Source: Candidatus Bathyarchaeota archaeon
GTDB taxonomy: Archaea; Thermoproteota; Bathyarchaeia; Bathyarchaeales; Bathycorpusculaceae
DNA: 64,000 nucleotides
Reading direction: 5' to 3'
Assembly: GCA_963782525.1 (NCBI GenBank)
Contig: CAWAKC010000001.1
Span: 64,001-128,000, forward strand
In this document: piece by piece, positions 27,329-39,401 of the stretch
Numbering within the stretch: position 1 is the first letter of the stretch
Layout: each line of letters starts with the position of its first letter
Translations under genes and position numbers: made by a program
Notes under the pieces: model-generated
Told to the model about the DNA's origin: nothing
Seen by the model: only the letters and a program-made list of their open reading frames with translations
The model's database searches: none

Positions 27329-29535
27329 TTTTCTGAATTGCTCCTTTTTCTTTTACTTAATGTAAAGTAGATAGTTGAACCTTTTCCCACTTGCGATTCT
27401 ATCCAAATCCGTCCTCCATGTCGCTCAACGATTCTTTTACACACTGCAAGCCCAATTCCAGAGCCTGGATACTCTTCTCGGGTGTGCAAGCGTTGGAATA
27501 TTTTGAATAAGCGGTCATAATATTCAGAAGCTATTCCAATACCATTGTCGCGCACTGAAAACAAGTAATCGGTATCTCGTACTTGCGCTGAAATATGCAC
27601 ACGGGGCGCTTCTTCACCATGGAACTTTATTCCGTTTCCAATCAAATTTTGGAACAACTGAACAAGCTGCCCCCCATCAGCCATAACCGTGGGGAGTTTA
27701 TCATGAGTCACCACAGCTTCATTTTCAGCAATAGATGTTTTCAGGTTCAAAAGCACTATTTCAAGCGTAGATTCAAGGTCTATAGGCTCAAAAGGCTTGC
27801 CAAGTCGAGCCACACGAGAGTAAGTGAGAAGGTCATCAATTAAACCTCTCATTCGGTTAGCACCATCAACAGCGTAACCTATGAACTCGTCCGCATCCGA
27901 ATCCAATTTTCCCTTGTACCTTCGCTCAATAAGCTGAACATAACTTGCCACCATCCGCAAAGGTTCCTGCAAGTCATGTGATGCAACATAAGCAAACTGT
28001 TCGAGCTCTGCGTTGGATTGCTTTAGTTTTTCTGATGCTTGCAATATTTCAAATTCCATAGATTTGCGTTCGGTAATGTCTCGGTTGCTGGAGCGTCAAC
28101 CTAACCATTTGCCAGTACCATCAAAAACAGGCTGGCAAGCATGAGAAATCCAACGTACCTCACCATTACGCGTAATGATTCGAAAATCAATCTCATGCCG
28201 ATCCTCTTCAGTTATCAATTCAAAATGAGAGCCAACAAGCGCTCTGTCTTCTGGATGAATAATATTAGAAAACAGCTTAGAATCATCAATATACTCATCC
28301 GGAGTGTAACCAGTAAACTTTACACATGAAGGAGACATGTACAGCATCTTGCCGTCAGGTGCAATCCAGTATTCCAAGTCATACGCAAAGTCCGCAACCG
28401 TCCGAAGTTTTATTTCGCTTTGACGTAAAGCTTCTTCTGCTTTTTTACGTTCAGTAATATCTCTTGCTACAGCAAATACTCCCTGAATTTCTCCTTGAGT
28501 ATTTAGATAAACTCTTGCATTGTACAAAACGTCTATTATTTTACCAGATTTATTCATAATTGCGAGTGGGTAATCCGTGACTAAGCCTTCGGTGAAAACT
28601 TTTTGGTAACCTGCCCTTGCCTGCTCTGGCTCAGTGAAGTAGTCAGAAAAATCGCTGCCGATAAGTTCTTCACGGGAGCAACCGGTAACATCTTCAGTAG
28701 CTTTGTTAACATCAGTGATTTTCCCTTCCTTGCTAATCGTAACCAGGGGATTTAAACTTGCTTCCAGCAAACTCCTAGCGTACAATGAAGCAGCCAACAA
28801 CTTTTCCTCGGCAATTTTGCGGTTAGCGGTCATCTGGTTAAATGCATAGGAAAGCTCACTTACCTCATCCTGGCGCTTTGTTTCTATAACGTAATCAAGG
28901 TTTCCTGAGCTTACAGTGTTGATTCCATTTTGAAGTTCTGACACCGATTTTAAGGTCCTTCGGAAAACTAACAGGTAAATTGTCGCCAACAATGCGCCGA
29001 ATGCGCCTACGAGAGAAACAATGAGTATGGTGTTTGTATCGTTGGCTTGGTGAGCTTCAGTGTCAAATGAAATGGACATTTGAGAAGCGTCAAGGTTAAG
29101 CACTTGATTTTGTTCAGTCATGTTTCCCCATCTATCTTGGAAAGGTTGTAACTCCCTAACACTTACATTTCTAGAGGCGTTTTGCAGGTAGGAAACAACT
29201 TCTCCAAAAGTTATGTTGAGCCCTTGCAGGTCTCGGCTAATATTGGTTGCAAGCTGCTGTTGTTGGTCATTGTTAAGTTTCAAAGTTGAAAGATCACTGG
29301 AGAGGGAAGAAAAGTTGGTTTGCCATTGAACAATTGAAGTGTCTTGTTGGTAGAGAAAGTAATCGATAGAAATGCTGCTCAGATTCCCTGCACCTCTTTG
29401 GATATTGTTGGCGACGTTTTCTTGAGCTTTAAGACCAGCCACTCGCTGCGTGCTCGTCGCTACGGAAGCACCAATAATAACCAAAATTATCGTGAAGACC
29501 ACGATGCAAATTATAAACTGATTTTTTATTTTCAT
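27325..29535 (-). pseudogene. Membrane sensor kinase (TM-HAMP-PAS-PAS-HisKA-HATPase) split by an in-frame TGA at 28096-28098
   Basis: ORFs 28096-29535 and 27325-28059 are in frame: WLG*RSSNRDITERK; H-box ASHDLQEPLR. Confidence 0.8.
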
Positions 29536-29924
29536 GTTTCCTGCTCACAAAGTAGTACGTTTGGAGAAAACTTGCCGAACCTTGACTTATTTTCGCAAAC
29601 TCTGACATTTTTTTCCACTAAAGTAAAGCCTCGAAACAAACTCAATTGAACTATAGTAAAAAACTGCATTTTCATAAAAACATTTGCCATAATCACAAAA
29701 ACAGAAACAAATACGTTCAATCTGCAAAAACCCACTAAGGCTGCAAAAAAGGTCTTTCAGTTGACCACCTTTGCAATGCCCTAAAATCTGAAAACATCAA
29801 CCCGATTATCCAGAGTTTTTGGGTACTTGTTGTTTATGCACCCTAACCTACGAAGATAAGAGTGCTAAGAAAAGAAAATAAAAGAAGTTGTTTGCAGCCC
29901 GATGTTGGCTATATTGCTAATGTT

Positions 29925-29941
29925 ATTGGGCTTTGACGTAT
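29925..29941. repeat. 3' arm of 16S processing stem
   Basis: ATTGGGCTTTGACGTAT is the reverse complement of 31613-31629. Confidence 0.8.
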
Positions 29942-30005
29942 CCTGTGTTCTGCTCTAATGTTCTCCTTGCTCCTCCAATCAAGCACTTCTATGCGCTTTT
30001 TACTT

Positions 30006-31497
<1,492 letters not shown>

Positions 31498-31612
31498 TAT
31501 GCACTCCATATTGATTTCTGCGGATCTTTACTATCATGTTTTTTGTGTGGTACGTTCTGCACTTTTCGCATATCTATGCCTAACTGGATTTGGAGGAAGA
31601 AACATCCACATT

Positions 31613-31629
31613 ATACGTCAAAGCCCAAT
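31613..31629. repeat. 5' arm of 16S processing stem
   Basis: 17-bp perfect inverted repeat with 29925-29941. Confidence 0.8.
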
Positions 31630-31808
31630 TCAGACCTAACTGAGCAATTAGTCAGGTCCACATTTCCTATTTTTTGTCCCCGCAATTGGAGGCCAACTCC
31701 GTCATTCCTGCAAGGCGTAATCGCCGTTTCGGTAGGGGTTGAGCCGCCGCCATGTGAAAATTGCGGGGCTAGCAATTATAGCTGAATTCTAACAGAAGCC
31801 TAGTCACC

Positions 31809-31828
31809 TGATATAAACGTTTCTTTTC
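31809..31828 (-). promoter_or_regulatory. Probable rRNA promoter (BRE + TATA)
   Basis: Minus strand GAAAAGAAACGTTTATAT about 310 bp upstream of 16S, outside the processing stem. Confidence 0.6.
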
Positions 31829-32259
31829 CATCCCCACTAAGATTGACGAATCCACCTGGATGTTGTTATGGTGATTTGTTGAGGTATTGGATAAATAATT
31901 TAGGCGTTTATTATGGTTTTTTACCTTTTTTCAGATTTTTCTATTGCAGGAACACATTTTTTTCCAAGCTAAAATATCTGAGTAACCAGTCGTCGAAACT
32001 GGAAATTTGCTGTTTGCATAAACTTTTTTTAATTATGCATGAACCGCCCCCGCACATTTGCATTGAGACAAGCGAAGAAACCTACAACCAACTCAGAGTG
32101 CCTCAATTTAGTAAAAACAGACACTCTTTTCCACAGGGTAATGTAAGCGGAAAAAGCCAATTGCGACTTACCCCTATATAGAATCTGCAATGTAGTTTAA
32201 TAAGATCCAATTATGATGGCGCTACTAAGTGCATTAACAAAAAAGGTAATTTAGAAAAA

Positions 32260-32571
32260 TTATGGTTGGGAATTCTCAGTTGTTTCTTCTGCTTTGCGCT
32301 TCCTAAAGAGAATGAACACATGACCGCGAACTTCCACCAACGCAGAATTTGTTTTCTCAGCTGCGTCGGCTGCGATTGCTTGAGCTGTAACTGCATCCTG
32401 CATCGCTGCGGGCAAAATCCTGACTTTAACCATCTTGTTCCTCTGAAGTTGCTTCTCGATTTCGCCTGCTAGCTGTGGCGTTAAACCTTCTTTACCAACC
32501 CAAATCGTTGGGTTCTCATCTTTCAAAACATGCCTAACATGGCGTTTCATTCGGGTTGTTATCTTGCTCAA
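32260..32571 (-). CDS. yhbY: YhbY/CRM-domain RNA-binding protein
   Basis: PTIWVGKEGLT, MVKVRIL, VEVRGHVFILFR; next to rnp4. Confidence 0.88.
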   Translation of the reverse strand: MSKITTRMKRHVRHVLKDENPTIWVGKEGLTPQLAGEIEKQLQRNKMVKVRILPAAMQDAVTAQAIAADAAEKTNSALVEVRGHVFILFRKRKAEETTENSQP

Positions 32572-32917
32572 GTTTCTTTTGCTCCTGTTTCAGTTTTAAT
32601 AGCATACGAGTTTGGTTGCCGCAGTTTAAACATGTTACTACAACGTGTGGCTCCCTTTTCTGTTTTATCCTAACCCGGCAGTTTACGCCTTGCACGAATA
32701 GGCTGTTGCATTCTTTGCAGGTTCCGCGCCTAAACTCTACGGGCATGCGGATTTTGGCAGCCATAGCAATCTTTCTTGCTGACAAAACGTATTGTATAGC
32801 CAGTTTGGGGTTAGATCTACCGACCTTCGTGGCTTGCTCAAATAGAATTTGAATTCGTTGCTTCGCAATTTGCTTCACATTGGTTTGCTGCTTCATGAAT
32901 TTACCAAACAATCCCAA
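32534..32917 (-). CDS. rnp4: Ribonuclease P protein component 4 (Rpp21)
   Basis: IAKQRIQILF, CKEC...TCLNCG zinc ribbon; true start may be the second Met. Confidence 0.9.
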   Translation of the reverse strand: MGLFGKFMKQQTNVKQIAKQRIQILFEQATKVGRSNPKLAIQYVLSARKIAMAAKIRMPVEFRRGTCKECNSLFVQGVNCRVRIKQKREPHVVVTCLNCGNQTRMLLKLKQEQKKLEQDNNPNETPC

Positions 32918-32952
32918 AGGCGCTATCCGATTACATAACGCTTGCGTTTAAA

Positions 32953-33843
32953 TTAACTGGCTTTCTGAGATAGCTCCAACTTCAACTTTTTAAGCGATTC
33001 AGCCATTATCAGAGGCTTATTCTTCAATGTCTTCTGTGCCTTTGAAGTGTCAAGTGAGGAATCCATGGGGCGTTTTGCTGGCCAAGTGAATTGCGAAGAC
33101 AAAACCGAATCGATTAAACTTTTGTCTAAATCGAAAGTGTCGGCAATTTGTTCAGCAAAGTTTAATCGACTTACCCTCGTTGCACCGCACGTATGGTAAA
33201 TCCCAGTAAGTCGGCGCTCTATAACTTCCAGAGTCATCTCAGCTAGGTTAGTGTTAAGCGTTGGCGTGTTCCATTGGTCAGTTACGATTTTGACGTGTTC
33301 GCCTTTTCGGAGGGTTTCGATTAGCCAGAGGGCAAAGTTGACTTTTCCAGCTGCTGGTGTTGAGCCGTAGATGACGCTGGGTCTGCCTATGAAGTATTCG
33401 GGTTGGGTTTGAACGATTTCTTCGGCTTTCAGTTTGGTTAATCCATAGTAGTTGATTGGATCAGGTTTGTCGGTTTCTTTGTAGTTGCCTTTTTCGCCGT
33501 TGAAAACGTAATCAGTTGAAATGTAAATCATAAATGAGCCTGCACTTTGGGCGGCTTCAACGATGTTTCTTGTGCCTTCGACGTTTATTTTCCATGCGAG
33601 CTCTTTGTTGGTTTCGCATTTATCCACGTCTGTTAATGTTGCTGCGTGGACGACGACGTCTGGTTTTATGGTTTTGAAAACTTCATCAACCTGTGTCTTC
33701 CCAGATATATCGAGCTTAACAAAGTTGCCATAGACTGATAGGCTTTGGATGTCAGAGGAGTAAACCTCGATTCCTTTGGCAATTGCGAGTTTGGCAAGTT
33801 TTGACCCGTACAGTCCGCTTGCGCCGGTAATTAGAAGCTTCAA
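32953..33843 (-). CDS. rfbD: dTDP-4-dehydrorhamnose reductase
   Basis: ITGASGLYG, ISTDYVFNG, YGLTK; TTG start overlapping rfbB stop. Confidence 0.92.
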   Translation of the reverse strand: MKLLITGASGLYGSKLAKLAIAKGIEVYSSDIQSLSVYGNFVKLDISGKTQVDEVFKTIKPDVVVHAATLTDVDKCETNKELAWKINVEGTRNIVEAAQSAGSFMIYISTDYVFNGEKGNYKETDKPDPINYYGLTKLKAEEIVQTQPEYFIGRPSVIYGSTPAAGKVNFALWLIETLRKGEHVKIVTDQWNTPTLNTNLAEMTLEVIERRLTGIYHTCGATRVSRLNFAEQIADTFDLDKSLIDSVLSSQFTWPAKRPMDSSLDTSKAQKTLKNKPLIMAESLKKLKLELSQKAS

Positions 33844-34847
33844 TGCATTCCACCGAGTTTCCAGGGTGTTGGATGCAAGATAACTTCTGTGGCAAAGGGG
33901 GTCCACCAGTGCTCGTTGTCAAGGTACCATTGAACCGTCGACTCCAAAGATTTCTCGAAACCGCACTTTGGTTTCCAACCAAGTTCAGTTCTGATTTTTG
34001 TGGAGTCCAAGCTGTAGCGGGTGTCATGTCCAGGGCGATCTTCAACGAATGTGATTAGGCTTTCAGGTTTGTGGAGTTGGCAAAGGATTTTTTTGACGAT
34101 TTCAATGTTGGTTATTTCGTTTCCTGCTGAAACGTTGTAGATTTCCCCAGCCTTGCCCTTTTCAAGTACGACGCTTAGGGCTTCACAATGGTCCTGAACA
34201 TTTATCCAGTCGCGTATGTTGGTTCCTGCTCCGTAGATTGGAATAGGCAGGTCTCTTAACGCGCGGATAACTGTTTTGGGGATTAATTTTTCGGGTAACT
34301 GGTATGGACCGAAGTTGTTGGTACACCGTGTTATGGAGACGTTCAAGCCGAAAGTTCGGTGGTATGATAGTACAAACATATCTGCGGCTGCTTTTGAAGC
34401 TGAATAAGGATTTGATGGTTTAGGCGGGGTGGTTTCTGTAAATGAACCTTCAAGGGCTTCTCCGTAAACCTCGTCTGTGGATACCTGCAATAATCGGGCT
34501 TTGTGATTATGTCGTCTTATGGCTTCCAAGATAATGAATGTGCCAACAGTGTTGTTCTGTAAGAAAACGTTGGGGTCAGAGATACTTCGGTCAACATGGG
34601 TTTCCGCCGCGATGTTCACTACTGCATCGACTTGATGGATGAGTCGGTTCATGAGTTGTGGGTTGCAGATGTCTCCTTTGATGAAGGTGTAGCGTTTGTC
34701 GTTCTCTATTTCATGCAGGTTAGCTGGGTTAGCGCCTATGCCTATTTTGTCAACGTTTATCAGTTCTACGTCAGGGTACTTTGCAAGCATGAGTCTGCAG
34801 AAGTTGCTTCCGATAAATCCTAAACCGCCTGTAACTAACAGTTTCAT
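33840..34847 (-). CDS. rfbB: dTDP-glucose 4,6-dehydratase
   Basis: TGGLGFIGSNF, AAETHVDRSI, STDEVYG, YSASK, DRPGHD. Confidence 0.95.
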   Translation of the reverse strand: MKLLVTGGLGFIGSNFCRLMLAKYPDVELINVDKIGIGANPANLHEIENDKRYTFIKGDICNPQLMNRLIHQVDAVVNIAAETHVDRSISDPNVFLQNNTVGTFIILEAIRRHNHKARLLQVSTDEVYGEALEGSFTETTPPKPSNPYSASKAAADMFVLSYHRTFGLNVSITRCTNNFGPYQLPEKLIPKTVIRALRDLPIPIYGAGTNIRDWINVQDHCEALSVVLEKGKAGEIYNVSAGNEITNIEIVKKILCQLHKPESLITFVEDRPGHDTRYSLDSTKIRTELGWKPKCGFEKSLESTVQWYLDNEHWWTPFATEVILHPTPWKLGGMH

Positions 34848-34853
34848 AGTTCA

Positions 34854-35357
34854 TCACTTGTGGGGTGGGATATTCCAGTTCCAAGGTTTACCAACACGTG
34901 AATCATCTTTTTTACCATTTATGCTTTTGGGGATAAGTGTTGGGTCATCCCAAGCGCGGCGTTCTTCATCAGGGTCCTTTGCATCATACAAATTAGTTGT
35001 GAAGTAAAGCAACATCGCAGGTTCGTTGCCCACTGCTTTGAAACCATGCCAATAATGTCCTGGCATACGCACTACCTGCAAATCGGAGCCGCTGCTGACA
35101 ACTTCATCTAACTCGCCCGTTTCGTCATCAAAGGCGCAAATCTTTATCGTACCCTTTAGTGCCAAAAAATAGTCGTTCTGGCCCCGGACATGTCGGTGCC
35201 AAGCGCGAATACCTTCTGGGAAAGTGAACGAGTGGTTAGCTTGAACGATGGTATCTTCTTCGAAGAGGTCTTTCCAATCTTTCCGCATAACTTCTGTGAA
35301 GAAGCCTCTTTCGTCTGGAAACCGACGCAATTGTCTAATTCTTATCCCTTTTAACAT
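34854..35357 (-). CDS. rfbC: dTDP-4-dehydrorhamnose 3,5-epimerase family
   Basis: DERGFFTE, RAWHRH, WHGFK; operon context. Confidence 0.9.
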   Translation of the reverse strand: MLKGIRIRQLRRFPDERGFFTEVMRKDWKDLFEEDTIVQANHSFTFPEGIRAWHRHVRGQNDYFLALKGTIKICAFDDETGELDEVVSSGSDLQVVRMPGHYWHGFKAVGNEPAMLLYFTTNLYDAKDPDEERRAWDDPTLIPKSINGKKDDSRVGKPWNWNIPPHK

Positions 35358-35425
35358 AAGTTATACCCTGCTTACAGTCAATCTTATCGTTTAAAAAACT
35401 TTATAACGGTTGCCTTTTTTAGGGG

Positions 35426-36484
35426 TTAAACTTCCACTTCCGAGTAGTCGCCGACATGCAGTTTTATGGTTCTGTTTCTCTGGTTTCTAGTTACCTTGGC
35501 GTTTTTGCCAATTAAACTATCTTCAAGCCGCTCAACACCGTTAACCGTAACACTATCTTGTACAACGCAGTATTCTAGGTTGGAGCTGCAAATTTTTGAG
35601 TTATCGCCTATGCTGGTGTAGGGACCGATGAAAGAATCCTCAATCAACACGCCCTTCCCTATCACGCATGGTCCTCTGATGGTACTGTTTACAATTTTGG
35701 CTTCAAGCTCAACCTTCACTCTGCCATCTACCACGCTATCCGTTACTGTTCCTTTTATGTCTCTCTGAATGTATTCGTCAAGTATCCGCGCGTTGGCAGA
35801 TAAAATGTCGTCTTTTTTGCCCGTGTCAAGCCACCAAGAATTCAAGATTTCAGCTTTAACTTTAAAGCCCATGTTAATCATTTCTTGAATGGCATCGGTT
35901 ATTTCTAGTTCACCGCGCCATGAAGGCTTTATTCGTTCTATGGCTTCATGAACTTTATTGGAGAACAGGTAGGTGCCAATTATTGCCAAGTTACCCATGA
36001 AAGTTTTAGGTTTCTCCACAAGACGGATGATGTTACCTTCATCATCTAGCTGGGCTATACCAAAGCTTGAGGGGTTATCCACTTCCTTGAGAATAATGAG
36101 TGCATCAAGATGTTCATTTTTGAATTTTTTAACAAACGTTTCCAAGCCTTGACCCGTAACGTTGTCGCCTAAGCACATCACAAAGGAATCCTGACCGAGA
36201 AAACCTTTAGCGGTTTTAACAGCATGTGCCAAACCGAGTGGTTCCTGAGGAATGTAGGAAACGTTCAGGTTCCAGTTTGAACCATCTTTAACGTAATCCT
36301 CGACGAACTGACCAGTCTCGTGTGCTGTGATGATGCCGACTTTTTTTATGCTGGTTGATGCAACTTGGTCAAGAACATATCCCAAGATGGGTTTGTTAGC
36401 CACTGGAATTAGCTGCTTGGCACAGGTGAAAGTTAATGGTCTAAGTCTGGTTCCTTTCCCGCCGCTGAGAACGAGCGCTTTCAT
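35426..36484 (-). CDS. rfbA: Glucose-1-phosphate thymidylyltransferase (long form)
   Basis: LSGGKGTRLRPLT, KQLIPVANKP, RGELEITDA, WWLDTG. Confidence 0.95.
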   Translation of the reverse strand: MKALVLSGGKGTRLRPLTFTCAKQLIPVANKPILGYVLDQVASTSIKKVGIITAHETGQFVEDYVKDGSNWNLNVSYIPQEPLGLAHAVKTAKGFLGQDSFVMCLGDNVTGQGLETFVKKFKNEHLDALIILKEVDNPSSFGIAQLDDEGNIIRLVEKPKTFMGNLAIIGTYLFSNKVHEAIERIKPSWRGELEITDAIQEMINMGFKVKAEILNSWWLDTGKKDDILSANARILDEYIQRDIKGTVTDSVVDGRVKVELEAKIVNSTIRGPCVIGKGVLIEDSFIGPYTSIGDNSKICSSNLEYCVVQDSVTVNGVERLEDSLIGKNAKVTRNQRNRTIKLHVGDYSEVEV

Positions 36485-36647
36485 TTTAATCCCCCAATTA
36501 TATAATATCTGTAGTATGACTTACTTTTCCCTATTAAATAATTACATTAACCAGTTGTAGTTGCACAGGCACAACCACATACGTCTATTAACAAAAATAA
36601 ACAATGATTATACCAAGCCCTCATCCGCCAAAGAAAGGGGAGCTAAC

Positions 36648-36854
36648 ATGAAAAAATCGAAAGACCTTTTATTTTCTTCTTTGATTGATCGAAAAACGAA
36701 GTGTAAATTTATCAGCTTATGCAGCCTCTACTCGAGCGCAAGTTACACTTGCACACATACAGGCGGTAACTACTGTGGCAAGTACAGGAAATTAAATAAC
36801 CTTAAAGAAAAATTAGGGAACCAAAACCAGACATTAATCGAAGTAGCACAATAA
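36648..36854 (+). CDS. Small Cys-rich hypothetical protein
   Basis: GGGGAG RBS then ATG 36648; four Cys. Confidence 0.5.
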   Translation: MKKSKDLLFSSLIDRKTKCKFISLCSLYSSASYTCTHTGGNYCGKYRKLNNLKEKLGNQNQTLIEVAQ

Positions 36855-36891
36855 TTTTCCTTCTGAAACAACATATATTTTTTCAATTGAA

Positions 36892-38490
36892 CTATTCTAC
36901 TTTGAGATTCCTTTTTCTTTTTAAGGAATTCATCAACTTTTCAACTAAGTTAATTATCATAACCAACGGTTTTCGCAATGGGCCCATTGCGTTGGCAACT
37001 TCACGAATATTTACCAAGTCAGCCTTTTTTAGGGTTTGAGTGACCACAGCAAAAACTATGAAAGCAAACACAAAAAGAACTGCACCTACAATTAATTTTA
37101 TTGGATTGCTGAATGGTAATATAGAGATTGCAAAGTAAGTTAGGAGTCCAGCTACGGCCGAAGAAATGGTAATCTTTGCCGAAGAAACCCAATCCACCGA
37201 AACTCCGAAATTATTTTTAATAAACCGTAAGCTTAAGAAAAAGCTTGGAAGGCTAAACGTCGTTGATGCTACTATTAAGCCTATGATTCCGAATTGGGAA
37301 ATCAAAACAAAACTCAATGGAAAGCCTATGGCAACGCTGAGAAGGGTTAGTTTCAGATTGTATTTTGTGTGTCCTTGACCGTTAATTAGGTTAGTTGTGC
37401 TTAGGCTACCAAGAGCTGAAAAAAGATAAATCACCGATAGTAAGGCAAGATAAAGAGGCGCCTGAACATACTTGTCTTCGAAAATGGTTCCGATGGCGGG
37501 CTGCGCTAAGGCCATAACCAATACTGTGACTGGAACTACAATTAGGGCAGCGTACTTAACTGAAAATTGGAAAACATTCCGAAGGGTTTCTTTGTCTTTT
37601 TGAGCATCCAGTTTGGAGAATGCTGGGAACAACATAGTTGTTACAGGAGTTGCGAAGAATGTTATCAAGACAACAAAGTTCAATGCTACAGAATAATTCC
37701 CGATGTAAGCATTATCTGTAACGAAAATTGCCATTATAGTGCTGTTAAATTGGGTCAGAAAACCAGATAGAATTGCGCCAATGGAAAGTGGCAATCCATA
37801 TCTTAGCATGGTCTTAATCGTTTTCATTAACTCTAATGCACCAGTCATTGGCTTAGGCAGCGACTGATACATTACGAACATAAGCAAAACTCCAATTAAC
37901 CCTGCAAATAAAACGCCGACTGAAAACCCAATGACTGCGCCAAGAGTACCTAAACCTACAGCCACGAGGGCAATAATCAAGGCTGTTTTTACAATCGATT
38001 GAACAATCAACATGACACTGTTTAGGTGCATTTTCTCTAGGCCAGTGAAAGTGGCAGATGCAGTATTAACTAAAGCGCCTGTCAAGATAAACAATGAAGC
38101 TATTTGGATTAACTGAACGATTGCTGGTCGCCCATAGAATTGAGCCAGAAATTGGGAGAGTGCCAAAGACAAAACCGAAAGCGCTAAACCCACGATTATT
38201 TCGAAGGCCAATCCCGAAACGAAAACACTCCGTATTTTCGCCACGTTATTTTCGCTGTTAGCTTCTGCAGAATACTTTATCATCGCCGTGGTTACTCCCC
38301 AATCCCTAAACGTGGCGATTAGGTTGGGTGCGGCAAGAGCAATAGCGTATAAACCCATGTTGTCAGGGCCTAAAAGCCTTGCGATAACAATCGTGCCAAC
38401 AGCAGAGATAACGGTAGACATGACTAGACCCCAAAGTAGGTGAAAGCCTCCTTTGGCTGAAACCCGAGCCATCTCTGTAGCCTTAGACAA
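36892..38490 (-). CDS. Oligosaccharide flippase (MOP/Wzx family)
   Basis: Many TM helices; IARLLGPDNMGLY; IGNYSVA; LFPAFSKL. Confidence 0.88.
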   Translation of the reverse strand: MSKATEMARVSAKGGFHLLWGLVMSTVISAVGTIVIARLLGPDNMGLYAIALAAPNLIATFRDWGVTTAMIKYSAEANSENNVAKIRSVFVSGLAFEIIVGLALSVLSLALSQFLAQFYGRPAIVQLIQIASLFILTGALVNTASATFTGLEKMHLNSVMLIVQSIVKTALIIALVAVGLGTLGAVIGFSVGVLFAGLIGVLLMFVMYQSLPKPMTGALELMKTIKTMLRYGLPLSIGAILSGFLTQFNSTIMAIFVTDNAYIGNYSVALNFVVLITFFATPVTTMLFPAFSKLDAQKDKETLRNVFQFSVKYAALIVVPVTVLVMALAQPAIGTIFEDKYVQAPLYLALLSVIYLFSALGSLSTTNLINGQGHTKYNLKLTLLSVAIGFPLSFVLISQFGIIGLIVASTTFSLPSFFLSLRFIKNNFGVSVDWVSSAKITISSAVAGLLTYFAISILPFSNPIKLIVGAVLFVFAFIVFAVVTQTLKKADLVNIREVANAMGPLRKPLVMIINLVEKLMNSLKRKRNLKVE

Positions 38491-39157
38491 TCTCTCTTCC
38501 TGTCGCCTGACTCTTTATGGGTTAACTGTTGACTTTATGTATCGTTTATCACTTTTGGTGTCTCTACGGGTTTTTATTTCATTTTATTTGTGGTTATGGG
38601 TTTTTTTGTGCCACTTCTTTTTTGTTGTGTGATTTGTTGTGTTTTGTTTTTGGGTTGTTTTTTGCAAGTTGTTTAGTTGTGGTGTGGAGGTTTTGTTTCA
38701 CAAGTGTACATGAGGCTATGTTGTGTTAGGCGGTTGTGATAGCGGGGCATGTTGAGTTTTTTTGGGAATTCTGATGATTCCGTGGCTCCTTAACCGCGGG
38801 TGGAAGAACACCCAAGAAATTAATTAAGTTTAGTCTGTACTGAGAAGTATCTATTTCGCTTCAGCCAGTTTCTTGATTCCATACATGGTTGGCATCTTAG
38901 TCTTTGAAAGGCTTCTTTATTCTGGTTTTTTGGATATATTCTGCAGTCTGAAATATCCCTTTTAAGCCTTTTTCGACTTTGTTTTTAACATCGGGAGAAA
39001 AACTTTATGAGCTCAGCCGCAAAAACTTATACCTCGCCACTTGGCTTGTACGTCATTGTAGTAGCTGAGCAACCACATAAGTTAATATCTTCTTTCAAGA
39101 ATACTTGTTTAGAGCTAAGTTTTAGTGTAAAAAAATTGTTCGCAGGAGTTTTTCAGG

Positions 39158-39376
39158 ATGAAGTTTAGATGGGTATTCTTGTTAGCTGCAAACTTTGCAA
39201 ATTCTATATTCATGGTTTTCATTTTATTATCAATGTATCTCAAAAGTTCGCATACAGTTACTTTAATTGAGCCCAACGAACTCATCATAACAGCCGAAGT
39301 GTTCTTTTCAATCTTTATTGTAATTTCAAGCGTTACAGTGGCAGGTTGGAACTTTCTAAAACAAAATAAAGCTTAG
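39158..39376 (+). CDS. Small two-TM hypothetical protein
   Basis: 72-aa ORF, two hydrophobic segments. Confidence 0.55.
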   Translation: MKFRWVFLLAANFANSIFMVFILLSMYLKSSHTVTLIEPNELIITAEVFFSIFIVISSVTVAGWNFLKQNKA

Positions 39377-39401
39377 ACTGATTCGTCAACTGTCAAAATG
39401 T

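Noticed and set aside
38529-38729. F/C/V-rich 66-aa ORF
   Set aside because: Product of G/T-skewed low-complexity DNA; no supporting signals
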